Of a stretch of 35,457 nt of DNA, positions 34,974 to 35,457 are shown in pieces. The position numbers and the translations under genes are program-made. Origin of the DNA: a virus (taxonomy: Duplodnaviria; Caudoviricetes); IMG/VR virus record IMGVR_UViG_3300025018_000332, positions 1 to 35,457 of that record; one strand, written 5' to 3'. A model generated the notes under the pieces. The model did no database searches and was not told where the DNA came from. It saw only the letters and a program-made list of their open reading frames with translations. Every line of letters starts with the position of its first letter. The stretch's first letter is position 1.

Positions 34974-35373
34974 ACAAAATAGGAGATGGACATCTGAAAA
35001 CAAAGATAGAAAAGAAAAATATGATGCAAACTATTACGATAGCAACAAGGATAAAGTCTTAGAGAAAACAAAAAAATATAGCAAAGAACACCCAGAAGTT
35101 CAAAGGTTGGCTAGTAAAAAGTCGTCATTAAAGTTTCCAGAAAAAGTATTGGCTCGTAGGATTCTAAACAAGGCACTGCAAAACTGCACAATAAGTAAGC
35201 CAGATAGGTGTGAGACATGTGGAGAAAAAAACAGTGTTCATGGACATCATGAGGATTATAATAAACCCCTTGAAGTAATATGGCTTTGTGTTAACTGCCA
35301 CTCCAGTTACCATAGAAAACTCCGCCAACAACTCAACCAGAAGTTAGAAGAGATTGGGAGAGATAATAAATAA
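34948..35373 (+). CDS. HNH-like zinc-binding endonuclease
   Basis: CETCG..HGHHEDYNKPLEVIWLCVNCH. Confidence 0.75.
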   Translation: MSAKGLNYEQNRRWTSENKDRKEKYDANYYDSNKDKVLEKTKKYSKEHPEVQRLASKKSSLKFPEKVLARRILNKALQNCTISKPDRCETCGEKNSVHGHHEDYNKPLEVIWLCVNCHSSYHRKLRQQLNQKLEEIGRDNK

Positions 35374-35457
35374 CTATGAGTACATATTCTAGACTTACTA
35401 AAAATCCAGATACAGGAGAGTGGGAGCAAGCAATTTGGATTGATGATTATTATGCTA

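Noticed and set aside
1-35457. Stop-codon reassignment
   Set aside because: Long genes are open in the standard code, TGA and TAG both end genes at sensible junctions, and the terL break involves a frame change rather than an in-frame stop.

Overview
AT-rich, almost entirely plus-strand segment of a tailed dsDNA phage genome with podovirus-like organisation (no tape-measure gene seen) using the standard genetic code. The order is: small early/unknown ORFs, terS, a terL split into two ORFs, a 70-aa YezD/DUF2292-like protein, portal, scaffold, N4-gp56-like major capsid, head-tail and tail proteins, three ejection-type proteins (one a 1825-aa polyvalent protein with GNAT, ParB-like, ART-like and HExxH modules), a lysis cassette with an M23 endolysin, a ~700-nt highly structured non-coding region, and early genes (VRR-NUC, lytic transglycosylase, SSB-like, HNH). 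The strongest unexplained signal is a conserved element ACGGAAAAACCGA fused to an intrinsic terminator. It sits between promoter and first gene of three structural transcription units (portal cluster, capsid, tail), and its first copy lies directly behind the YezD/DUF2292-like gene. This suggests a small-protein-dependent attenuation/antitermination switch for late genes. Family assignments come from motif recognition by eye; no searches or folding programs were run.
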